Part shown: positions 56,677 through 64,000 of the stretch, in pieces | How the letters are laid out: each line of letters opens with the position of its first letter | How positions within the stretch are numbered: the stretch's first letter is position 1 | Assembly: GCA_016181175.1 (NCBI GenBank) | Contig: JACOZV010000004.1 | Coordinates: 7,718 to 71,717, forward strand | Reading direction: 5' to 3' | From: Candidatus Yanofskybacteria bacterium | GTDB lineage: Bacteria; Patescibacteriota; Minisyncoccia; 2-02-FULL-40-12; IGHO2-01-FULL-4-A | DNA: 64,000 nt | Program-made: the position numbers and the translations under genes | The notes under the pieces: model-generated | Told to the model about the DNA's origin: nothing | The model's input: only the letters and a program-made list of their open reading frames with translations | The model's database searches: none

Positions 56677-58476
56677 CTATAAATTCTCGTAATACCCCCT
56701 GATCTTTTTCGCCATGAGTTTGCGGCGTTCCTTCAAAAACCTTTCGTAATCCCCAAGCTCCATATTCTGAAAGCCATCCGGTATGCAATTCTGTTTTAGG
56801 TTCTCGGCGAGATCTTTTTTATCGGTTATGCCGCCATACTTGAGCTTGCCTCCTTCGGTTTGTTTCATTACTTCAGCCATGTACTCTTTGGGAGATTTTT
56901 TGCCGACTTTGATATTTATTTCAGATTGAGCATAAGTAAAGTTGCCAATCTGGTTGTAATCGCCCCTACTTAAGCCGCCTGCTTTCTTCAGGTATTCCTT
57001 TGGAAAGAGATGATGGATGTCGCCGCGATGACTGATCATATTACCAACGGTAATGTCGGTTGAAAGAAAGCCCCTGTCGTTATTTTTAACCTGTGCCGCA
57101 AAAAAAAGATTGAGAAATGGATTGCTGATGCTCGCCTTATCGAGTTCCTGAATAAGCTGCGCGTTCCAAAAAGCATCGGAGAGTTGCGCTTCTTCGATTG
57201 ATTTCAAAATCTCGCCAGCATCGCCATTGGAAATCTGCTTAATATCCGAATCAAATTGGCTTTCCGGTGATCCGGAATAACGTCCGGTGAGGATAGACAT
57301 CACAAACCAGCGTTGGACATACTTTTCGATCAAGCTTGGATCGACACTCTTATCGCGCAGCTTGAGATATAAAATATAGGCAAAGTTAAGAGCGTTTTGC
57401 GAATTGATAAGGTCGTTGCTTATAAAGCCGCAGGATTTGATGATCATTACAAACCGCTTGAAGTTTGTTTCATTTACAAAATCCAGTACCGCATCACGGA
57501 GTTTTTGGAAAGACGCATCCATTATGTCTTGCTCAAAACTGCGTGTTTCAAAGTTACGCCCCGAAAGCAGTCCGACAAGATCCGCCATCTTGCCTCGTTC
57601 AAATTGTTTGGTGAAACTCACACGCAACACATCGGAATAATCCGGATCGTAGAGGTCGTCATTTTCATCTTTAAGCCATGCAAGTTTTGAAAGGTAAACA
57701 GTTTTGTTAAACTCTGCATCATTTTCAGTTATGTGTTTGTAAAACTGCGGCTCGCGCGCAAGATGGCAAAAATAGTCGACACACTTTCTTAAATTAACGC
57801 CGAAATTATCCTCCTTGTCATAAGAAGCTATCTTCGACATGGCAAAGTCAGCTTGGCTTAATACAACACCTTTGGAATTGATACGGATAAAAATCTCGGT
57901 AACCGTTTCAATATCTAAACCGGCATCAAGTTCAATAAAACCAACCTGCTTGCTTTTGATCTGTAATAACTTCTCAATGTTCTTTTCAATGAGTTCACGA
58001 TTTACGTCAAGATTTTTGTCGCAATAGTCAGTTACATCTTTGAATAAGCCGCCGTCCTTACTCATAAGTTTTGAGATGTCAGCTATCCACGCCTTGTCCT
58101 TTTTTATTGCCGGTGTGAGTGTGGCAAATTCTTCTATGATGGGGTGAAATGCAATATAGATCCGTTCCTCCTTATAATCTTTATTGATAATGTTTTGACC
58201 GAGAATTGCCGCACGGAGAGCGGTAATGCGTTGCTGTCCGTCAATCAAGACCTTTTTGCCGTTGGAAATGGAGCCATCTTTAAGACGAACATCGGGGTTT
58301 TTCCATGCAATGATATAGCCGATCGGATAGCCACGATAAAGCGAATCCATCAGATCGCGCACCTTTGTCGAATCCCAAACAAACGGACGCTGGATTTCCG
58401 GTATAGCGATTTCCTTTTCCTGAACCCAATTCAGGATATTGCTCACAAAGTATTGATTGACTGTGTATTTTTGCAT
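56677..58476 (-). CDS. GmrSD/BrxU-like type IV restriction enzyme (DUF262 plus DUF1524)
   Basis: IPEIQRPFVW and LIDGQQRITAL (DUF262/ParB-like NTPase). The C-terminal His-Me finger context is GDIHHLFPKEYL (DUF1524). Start taken at MQKYTVNQ. Confidence 0.8.
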   Translation of the reverse strand: MQKYTVNQYFVSNILNWVQEKEIAIPEIQRPFVWDSTKVRDLMDSLYRGYPIGYIIAWKNPDVRLKDGSISNGKKVLIDGQQRITALRAAILGQNIINKDYKEERIYIAFHPIIEEFATLTPAIKKDKAWIADISKLMSKDGGLFKDVTDYCDKNLDVNRELIEKNIEKLLQIKSKQVGFIELDAGLDIETVTEIFIRINSKGVVLSQADFAMSKIASYDKEDNFGVNLRKCVDYFCHLAREPQFYKHITENDAEFNKTVYLSKLAWLKDENDDLYDPDYSDVLRVSFTKQFERGKMADLVGLLSGRNFETRSFEQDIMDASFQKLRDAVLDFVNETNFKRFVMIIKSCGFISNDLINSQNALNFAYILYLKLRDKSVDPSLIEKYVQRWFVMSILTGRYSGSPESQFDSDIKQISNGDAGEILKSIEEAQLSDAFWNAQLIQELDKASISNPFLNLFFAAQVKNNDRGFLSTDITVGNMISHRGDIHHLFPKEYLKKAGGLSRGDYNQIGNFTYAQSEINIKVGKKSPKEYMAEVMKQTEGGKLKYGGITDKKDLAENLKQNCIPDGFQNMELGDYERFLKERRKLMAKKIRGYYENL

Positions 58477-58477
58477 A

Positions 58478-58666
58478 TTACTTTTTTGGTTTCTTGATAT
58501 TCGATCGAGAACGAATAAACGCCTCGAGATCGCTCTCGCTGATCCGCCAATAGCCGACTTTGGTCGCCTTGAGCCGCCCACTCGAAATATAGCGATACAA
58601 GGATCGCTCGCTAACTCGCAAATACTTTGCCGCTTCACGTAATGTAAGAAATTTCTTTTTGGTCAT
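58478..58666 (-). CDS. Excisionase-family (MerR-like) helix-turn-helix DNA-binding protein
   Basis: FLTLREAAKYLRVSERSLYRYISSGRLKATKVGYWRISESDLEAFI is the classic HTH_17/Xis pattern. Its stop abuts the GmrSD-like start. Confidence 0.75.
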   Translation of the reverse strand: MTKKKFLTLREAAKYLRVSERSLYRYISSGRLKATKVGYWRISESDLEAFIRSRSNIKKPKK

Positions 58667-58681
58667 AGGTCAATTGATTTC

Positions 58682-58717
58682 ATTCTATCGCAAAAAAGCC
58701 ACATGGTCAAATGTGGC
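58682..58717 (-). promoter_or_regulatory. Sigma70-type promoter of the defence operon with an overlapping palindromic operator
   Basis: Minus strand reads TTGACC (58710-58705), a 17-nt spacer, then TAGAAT (58687-58682). The palindrome GCCACAT-N6-ATGTGGC (58698-58717) covers the -35. Confidence 0.5.
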
Positions 58718-58747
58718 AAAGTCGGTTATCTTCCTAAAAGGCAGGTG

Positions 58748-59098
58748 TTAGCAGGGGTAACCATTTGGACAAATATCTTCCTGTCGTTCGGTCGTCGGAT
58801 CAATAGGGGTGTTTAAGTCCGGCACGGTATGGTTGCGTGCCATCAACCACCAAACGAGAAGTATCCAAAATCCCCAAAATAAAACTACTGGAACAACTTT
58901 TGAGATGTTTTTCTTTACTCTGATTTTCAACGGAGGGTGAAGTACATGTTTAAGCTCATGGCTTGCTAAATCGCCGTACTCGATTTTCTCCACACACTTT
59001 GGACACGCAACAAATTCTTTCTGCTGCTCGGAAAAGCGCTTGTTTACTCTTGCCCAGAACCCCTCGTCAATAAATGGATTTCTATTTTTTCCGCTCAT
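58748..59098 (-). CDS. Hypothetical protein with a C2H2-like zinc knuckle and a C-terminal TM helix
   Basis: CPKCVEKIEYGDLASHELKH followed by VVPVVLFWGFWILLVWWLM. Start taken at MSGKN. Confidence 0.4.
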   Translation of the reverse strand: MSGKNRNPFIDEGFWARVNKRFSEQQKEFVACPKCVEKIEYGDLASHELKHVLHPPLKIRVKKNISKVVPVVLFWGFWILLVWWLMARNHTVPDLNTPIDPTTERQEDICPNGYPC

Positions 59099-59371
59099 AG
59101 TTTTGTGAGCGGCGAGTTTTGAAACACAAAACCCACCACTGGGAGGGCTTGCGCCCCTATGGAAGTTTCCCTCCATAACGTTAGGCACGCCCCAAATGAT
59201 GGGTTTTCTATGCCTAACGATTTGCGACCATGCCGCCAGCCGAAGCCGATGGTTTAGATCATTTGATATCCAATTGTGTTTTTAAGTATATCAGAAAAAC
59301 ATGAGATCCTGCAACGGATGAAAAATACTGCTGGTCAAATGTGGCAAGGTCTGCTAAAATGAGTTTTAAGA

Positions 59372-59869
59372 ATGACGATGAATATGAAAATGAATAGTAA
59401 AAAAACCGAACCATTTCGCGTTGTTATAAATACAAGTACCGACCCCAATGTGCCATTGATTGAGCTTGTACGTGGTAACCGGAAAGCCAAACTTCCACCT
59501 ATTGCGATCAAAAACGTACGTCTTGATACCGATCGCTATTTGCTTGTCGTAAATGACGGCGAGCGCGTTGTTGCCTTTAAGTCAAAAAGGCACAAGAAGG
59601 GACTGGATAAAGAAACGAAGCTATTTAAAGTGCTGGTATTGCTTTTTGATTTTCGCCTCGAAAAAAAGGGTGAAAAAATACTCCACAGCAAAAACCTTAA
59701 CCCCGACTACACTTCTCTAAAAAATATCGCCGGAAATAGCGGAAGCCCAACACAAGAAGCAGCATATAGAAACATAAAGCGGTTAAATGGCTACTTTGAG
59801 GAAAATGGCTTGTCTATATGGATTGAAAAACACGGCAATGATTGCCGCCTCGTAGTTAAGAAGAGTTAA
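59372..59869 (+). CDS. Hypothetical DNA-binding protein (C-terminal OmpR/PhoB-type winged-helix-like)
   Basis: LFKVLVLLFDF...GEKILHSKNL...AAYRNIKRLNGYFEENGLSIWIEKHGNDCRLVV resembles a trans_reg_C pattern. The call is tentative. Confidence 0.4.
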   Translation: MTMNMKMNSKKTEPFRVVINTSTDPNVPLIELVRGNRKAKLPPIAIKNVRLDTDRYLLVVNDGERVVAFKSKRHKKGLDKETKLFKVLVLLFDFRLEKKGEKILHSKNLNPDYTSLKNIAGNSGSPTQEAAYRNIKRLNGYFEENGLSIWIEKHGNDCRLVVKKS

Positions 59870-59946
59870 TACGCGGACATTATTTTTACAGAAGCGCTCG
59901 ATACTTTAAGGATAAAAGCGCTCAAAAAGTAGAAAAAATCCCTCAA

Positions 59947-59975
59947 GGGACATTTTGAAAATGTCCCCGATTTTT
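59947..59975 (+). terminator. Rho-independent terminator (perfect 10-bp-arm palindrome)
   Basis: gggacatttt-g-aaaatgtccc followed by cgattttt. Confidence 0.55.
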
Positions 59976-60052
59976 CTCAATAGTGAATGATATGGTCAAA
60001 GCAAGATACGCTTTGGCTTTTTTGTTTTCCCAAGCCAGCGCGGTCGGATGAT

Positions 60053-60298
60053 ATGAAGATACTAAATGAAAAAAACTTTTATCAAACTTCTGACTTTTGC
60101 CTCGCAACGGTTATTTCACTTTCTTTTCCGATAGAAGCAGTAGATCGGCAGAACACGCGAAAAGTTCAATTTATATTTCGTCGCAATAACGTCCTCGATA
60201 AGCTGATCGAGGATTTTTGGCGTGGTGAGATCCGAATTGATCCACAGCTTTTCTATAACCAATTACGAGTGATGAAAGCTCGGATTTACAACGACTAA
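60053..60298 (+). CDS. DUF5659-like protein
   Basis: MKILNEKNFYQTSDFCLATVISLSFPIEAVDRQNTRKVQFIFRRNN... The family is recalled from memory, and it is common in small mobile elements. Confidence 0.45.
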   Translation: MKILNEKNFYQTSDFCLATVISLSFPIEAVDRQNTRKVQFIFRRNNVLDKLIEDFWRGEIRIDPQLFYNQLRVMKARIYND

Positions 60299-60299
60299 C

Positions 60300-60554
60300 A
60301 TGCTTAAACCATCGGCAATTGAAGAATTAAGGTCGATATTGCTCGAAGAGTTTGGGCGTGATGTTGATATTAAAACAGCCAGAACGATCGGCGAGGATTT
60401 AGTCGGCTTCTACGACACTCTCGCAAAGATCGCGCATAAGGATAAAACGATAAGCAAAAATCTTTCCCCTTGCTCGGGTTCCATAGTGGACTATCCACTT
60501 GCAATGAGTAGTTCATTGAAAAAGAGGGTGGAACCCGAACAAAGAGAAAGATAA
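60300..60554 (+). CDS. Hypothetical 84-aa protein
   Basis: ORF 1 nt after the upstream stop. No motif recognised. Confidence 0.4.
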   Translation: MLKPSAIEELRSILLEEFGRDVDIKTARTIGEDLVGFYDTLAKIAHKDKTISKNLSPCSGSIVDYPLAMSSSLKKRVEPEQRER

Positions 60555-60565
60555 AAAAAGAAATT

Positions 60566-62125
60566 ATGAAAAACATTTTTAGTGGTAACCACAAAAAAGG
60601 AAAGGTGTCCGACAAACTGAAGGGCGCGGAATTGGTTTTAGATGTGATCGAAAAAAGCGACTTATGGCTCTTTCACGATCAATTAAACGAGGCATACGCC
60701 GTTATAGCTGGTGATGGAGCATCAATAATGAAAATCGACTCGCAAAAGTTCCACAACTGGCTTTTTAATCATATCTATGACGAAACCGGAAAGATCAGCA
60801 ACACAGCCGCGTGCGAGGCAGCCATAAAGGTTCTGAAACATCAAGCAGAAACTGGGAATCTATTTGAGCTTGGAGTTAGGGTAAAACTGCGTGAGGGCGG
60901 TATTTGGTACGATCTCGGCGGTCAAAACTTTGTGAGTATCGCAGAAGATGGATGGTTGGTAACTGATCCTCCGCAACCAATCCTCTTTAAGAGGTTCGGG
61001 CATCAAAAAGAGCAGGTGCGACCGGAACGCGAGGGTAGCATGAATGAGTTTATGGAGCTTATTAACCTACAAGACAAAAAAGAATCTTTGCTCCTCATGG
61101 TTTACTTGGTTGCATCGTTTATTCCTAACTTTCCTCATCCTGTATTGATTGTGCATGGTTCGCAGGGGGCTGCTAAAAGTACCGCATGTAAATTGATTAA
61201 AGAATTAGTGGATCCATCTGCATTAGAAACTTCGACTATAAACGACGATAAAGACATAAAAGAATTGGTACAAGCCGCATCGCATCATTGGCTGTTAGTT
61301 CTCGATAATATCTCCTATATCTCCGAGAAAATCTCGGACACGATCTCACGAATATGTACCGGAGGCGGATTATCTAAAAGAATACATTATAGCAATGACG
61401 ACGACTTCATTTACAACTTTATGCACATAGTCGCCATTAACGGAATCCATCAGATCGTAAGCAAGCCCGATCTCCTCGATCGATCAATCTTGTTGGCGCT
61501 TGAACGCATCCCTGAAGATAAAAGGATAACGGAGGAGCAACTTTGGGGTCGTTTCAATGCAATGAAAGGAAGAGTTCTCGGCGCGGTTTTCGATGCCGTA
61601 TCCGGAGCATTGCGTGAATATCCGAATGTGCAGTTAGCAACATTGCCACGAATGGCGGACTTTGCACGCTGGGGATGCGCTATTGCGAGGACGCTCGGCT
61701 ACACCGACGAGGACTTTATGAATGTATACAAAACGAATATCGGAAGGCAGAACCAAGAGGCGCTTTCAGCAAGCGCCACAGCAGCAGTCATCATCAAGCT
61801 CATGGAAGATAATGATGTTTTCGAAGATACACCATCTGCTCTTTTGCGACTAATGGATCCGATAGCCGACGATCTCAAGGTAAAAGAAGCGAAGGATTAT
61901 CCACGACAGGCAAACTGGCTTTGGAGGCGCATTGAAGCGGTTATACCGAACCTTGCTGACGCCGGCATAAAGGTCGAGCAAACGAAAGATACTGAACGGA
62001 AGATAAAAATATCAAAGATATTGCGCGGTGATGACAGCACTGAAATTATGCCGTCTTCCGAAAAACCAGCAGAAGAACCTGCAAAAGACAGCATCGACAG
62101 CATAGACGGCACTTTCCCCCTGTAG
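60566..62125 (+). CDS. P-loop NTPase, SF3-helicase/VirE-like replication protein of mobile elements
   Basis: Walker A HGSQGAAKST and Walker B-like HHWLLVLDNIS. Its size and position are typical of plasmid or integrative-element replication helicases. Confidence 0.5.
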   Translation: MKNIFSGNHKKGKVSDKLKGAELVLDVIEKSDLWLFHDQLNEAYAVIAGDGASIMKIDSQKFHNWLFNHIYDETGKISNTAACEAAIKVLKHQAETGNLFELGVRVKLREGGIWYDLGGQNFVSIAEDGWLVTDPPQPILFKRFGHQKEQVRPEREGSMNEFMELINLQDKKESLLLMVYLVASFIPNFPHPVLIVHGSQGAAKSTACKLIKELVDPSALETSTINDDKDIKELVQAASHHWLLVLDNISYISEKISDTISRICTGGGLSKRIHYSNDDDFIYNFMHIVAINGIHQIVSKPDLLDRSILLALERIPEDKRITEEQLWGRFNAMKGRVLGAVFDAVSGALREYPNVQLATLPRMADFARWGCAIARTLGYTDEDFMNVYKTNIGRQNQEALSASATAAVIIKLMEDNDVFEDTPSALLRLMDPIADDLKVKEAKDYPRQANWLWRRIEAVIPNLADAGIKVEQTKDTERKIKISKILRGDDSTEIMPSSEKPAEEPAKDSIDSIDGTFPL

Positions 62126-62190
62126 GTTTTGGGGTTGTAGGGGTAAATAAAGAAATAGGAATTGCTGTCTGTGTTGTCGGTAAAAAAACT

Positions 62191-62418
62191 ATGAAGAATC
62201 GAACCGAACAATTTAGAGCATGGCGAAGGCGCAATCCGGCGGCATGGAACGCTATTGTAAAGCGCTGCAAGCGCAAGGGGCGCGCGCTCAAGCTACAGTG
62301 GGTTATAAACGAGTATTCGCGCTGGCAGAAGTGGTGTGCAGCGCATCCAGCACAACACCGTAAAATAGCACGCGATTCTTACCACAGAAGAAAAACAAAT
62401 AAGATCAGGGATGCTTGA
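62191..62418 (+). CDS. Hypothetical 75-aa basic protein
   Basis: Arg/Lys/Trp-rich ORF with no motif recognised. Confidence 0.35.
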   Translation: MKNRTEQFRAWRRRNPAAWNAIVKRCKRKGRALKLQWVINEYSRWQKWCAAHPAQHRKIARDSYHRRKTNKIRDA

Positions 62419-62690
62419 GTTGTATTCATTGTCAGATTTTTATCTGGCAGCAAGCTGGGTTGTATTCGTTGTCAAAGTGTACATGGATATAACTACAGTA
62501 GTAATGTGCGCATAAAAGATGGGGTTGAACAGGAGTGCGTGTCGTATTGTCAAGCTTCGAAGCAAGTATTGCACGCAAAGAAAAGATGGCTTGATTGAAA
62601 ACGTGTATTTGTTTGTCAAGCCCCGAAGAGAAAAACAAGGAAAAAAGTAAACATTGTATCGACAATGTATTGATAGTATAATGGCAATGT
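62417..62690 (+). repeat. Iteron-like array: 4-5 direct copies of ~GTTGTATTCGTTGTCAA
   Basis: gagttgtattcattgtcag (62417), gggttgtattcgttgtcaa (62457), gtgtcgtattgtcaag (62539), gtgtatttgtttgtcaag (62603) and a palindromic variant attgtatcgacaatgtattga (62653). Confidence 0.6.
62654..62682 (+). promoter_or_regulatory. Candidate promoter of the recombinase gene
   Basis: TTGTAT, a 17-nt spacer, then TATAAT. It overlaps the last iteron-like copy. Confidence 0.4.
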
Positions 62691-62691
62691 A

Positions 62692-62808
62692 CCCCCAGTT
62701 GCACTACAATCCGTGATTTTTTATTGGCTTCTGCCCTTAAGGGGGGCGGTGCCGGAAGCCAATCCTCACGGAAAAAGCGACTGGGGTACCACCGCTCCCT
62801 TTAAGTTT
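62692..62808 (+). promoter_or_regulatory. Highly structured 5' leader of the serine recombinase gene (nested stems plus a long-range pairing onto the start-codon region)
   Basis: P1 is 62693-62699 with 62780-62786, P2 is 62711-62716 with 62766-62771, and P3 is 62723-62731 with 62755-62763. Also, 62742-62751 (gggggcggtg) is complementary to 62790-62799 (caccgctccc), 10 nt before the ATG. Confidence 0.4.
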
Positions 62809-64000
62809 ATGAAAAACGAACAAAATACAACTAAAAATAAGGCGATTTCCTTTTGCCGCGTAAGCTCGAAGGAGCAAGCCGATGAGGGTTATTCGCTTGA
62901 ATCGCAGGAAAAGCTACTTGAGGCATACGCTACAGACGATAAACGAGATTTTAAGATCATCAAGATCTATAAGATCACGGAATCAGCGAGCGGAAAGCAG
63001 GTACGAAAGACATTTCAGGAAGCACTGAAATACGCCACTGATCAAAAAATAAAGATCATTCTGTGTGAAAAGATTGATCGATTAACACGCAACCTTAAAG
63101 ACGCCAGCACAATTGACGATTGGGTAAAGGATAAAGACACTACCGGTCGGCAGGTTCACTTTGTAAAGGAAAACTTTATTCTTAACGCTGATACAAAGGC
63201 ACACGATAACCTTGTGTGGGATATGAAGGTGGCTATTGCGCGTTTCTATTCAAACAATCTATCCGAAGAAGTGAAGAAGGGGCAAAAGGAAAAGATCGCG
63301 CAAGGATGGCTTCCTACGAAGCCGCCGCTTGGGTATCGCACGATCGGCGACAAAGGGCATAAAACGCACGAAATTGACGAGAAGATCGCCCCATATATCC
63401 GTAAGATGTTTGAGCTTTACGCTACCGGTAATTACTCAACGCTTTCTTTGGTAAGGGTTATGTACAAGGAAGGTTTGCGCAACCGCGAGGGTAAAAGGGT
63501 TGGAAAGAGTAGATTGCATCAATTGCTTTCGGATCCATTTTATTACGGCAAGATGCGATGGAAAGGCGAGGTTGTTAAAGCAGAACACGAACCCCTTATT
63601 CCGAAAGAATTGTTTGACGACGTTCAAAAAATACTTGTCCGGAAGATCAAATATCCCATGTATAGGAAACACCTCCCTATATTTAAGGCGATGCTGCGCT
63701 GCGGAGAGTGCAAAGGCACTGTTACGTGGGAAATACAAAAAAATCATTGGTACGCTCACTGTAGCCATTACCGAAACTGCAAGCAAAAAAAGTATGTCCG
63801 GCAGGAAGCTGTCGAAGAACAGCTTTTCCCATACTTTGATCGAGTTGCCCCGATAAACACGCGCTTGCTGCAGTGGCTTGAGAAGCAGCTTAAAGAAAGC
63901 CACACCGAAGAGATCAAATACAACACCTCAAAGCGAGAGGAGTTAAACCGGATCATCGCAACCGCCGATAGACGGATCGAGGCGGCGTATAAAGAGAAGC
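62809..64000 (+). CDS. Large serine recombinase (partial, continues past the window)
   Basis: Hand translation gives MKNEQNTTKNKAISFCRVSSKEQADEGYSLESQ... (catalytic Ser in RVSS), ...DRLTRN, a recombinase domain (GWLPTKPPLGYR) and a zinc-ribbon CGECKG...HC...C. There is no stop before 64000, which is why it is absent from the ORF track. Confidence 0.85.
   Translation, partial: MKNEQNTTKNKAISFCRVSSKEQADEGYSLESQEKLLEAYATDDKRDFKIIKIYKITESASGKQVRKTFQEALKYATDQKIKIILCEKIDRLTRNLKDASTIDDWVKDKDTTGRQVHFVKENFILNADTKAHDNLVWDMKVAIARFYSNNLSEEVKKGQKEKIAQGWLPTKPPLGYRTIGDKGHKTHEIDEKIAPYIRKMFELYATGNYSTLSLVRVMYKEGLRNREGKRVGKSRLHQLLSDPFYYGKMRWKGEVVKAEHEPLIPKELFDDVQKILVRKIKYPMYRKHLPIFKAMLRCGECKGTVTWEIQKNHWYAHCSHYRNCKQKKYVRQEAVEEQLFPYFDRVAPINTRLLQWLEKQLKESHTEEIKYNTSKREELNRIIATADRRIEAAYKEK

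Larger units (their letters stand above)
48457..64000. mobile_element. Integrative element (partial; right end beyond the window) carrying a defence operon and a large serine recombinase
   Basis: It contains contiguous recombinase, Xis-like HTH, a P-loop replication protein, DUF5659, an iteron-like array and RM/type IV cargo. The backbone-type genes stop at 48456. The left boundary is not resolved; it lies somewhere in the non-coding or degenerate stretch 48457-48904. Confidence 0.55.

Noticed and set aside
62417-62690. CRISPR array.
   Set aside because: The repeats are short (~16 nt), degenerate and irregularly spaced, with no cas genes. I saw no other CRISPR-like periodicity in the window.
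62432-63956. ORFs 62432..62704, 63436..63903, 63500..63856 and 63768..63956.
   Set aside because: The first covers the iteron/promoter region with no ribosome-binding context. The others are antisense or out of frame within the clearly recognisable serine recombinase gene.

Overview
This 64-kb window comes from a low-GC, gene-dense bacterial genome. Its content looks like a Patescibacteria/CPR-type organism, which is an inference from short EF-Ts and RF1, many small membrane proteins, cohesin/dockerin surface giants, a GIY-YIG mini-ORF beside tRNAs, and the standard code with UGA used as a stop. Positions 1 to ~48.4 kb are chromosomal backbone. They hold a tRNA/rpmG cluster with unusual repeats, rpsB-tsf, and a ~13.5-kb minus-strand cell-surface block (cohesin- and dockerin-bearing proteins, a polytopic TPR membrane protein, a class-A-like serine hydrolase and a frameshifted glycine-rich tail-fibre-like gene). 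They also hold rpmE, prfA, rplY, tgt, uppS/uppP, glgP, a class II ribonucleotide reductase, an aldehyde/acyl-CoA cassette and a thiol-disulfide redox island. From ~48.5 kb to the right edge is an integrative element. It carries a large serine recombinase that runs off the window, a P-loop SF3-like replication protein, an Xis-like HTH and a DUF5659-like protein. Its cargo is an eight-gene, essentially gap-free minus-strand defence operon: HTH, GmrSD-like type IV enzyme, HsdR, HsdM, a single-pass membrane protein, HsdS fused to a Panacea/DUF4065-like antitoxin-type domain, a 492-aa protein with a C-terminal PD-(D/E)xK nuclease, and a 56-aa ORF. That toxin/antitoxin-like module embedded in the restriction-modification (RM) operon is my best candidate for an undescribed system. 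I saw no rRNA, CRISPR array or reverse transcriptase. Coordinates I derived by hand (tRNAs, small ORFs, hairpins) may be off by 1-2 nt.
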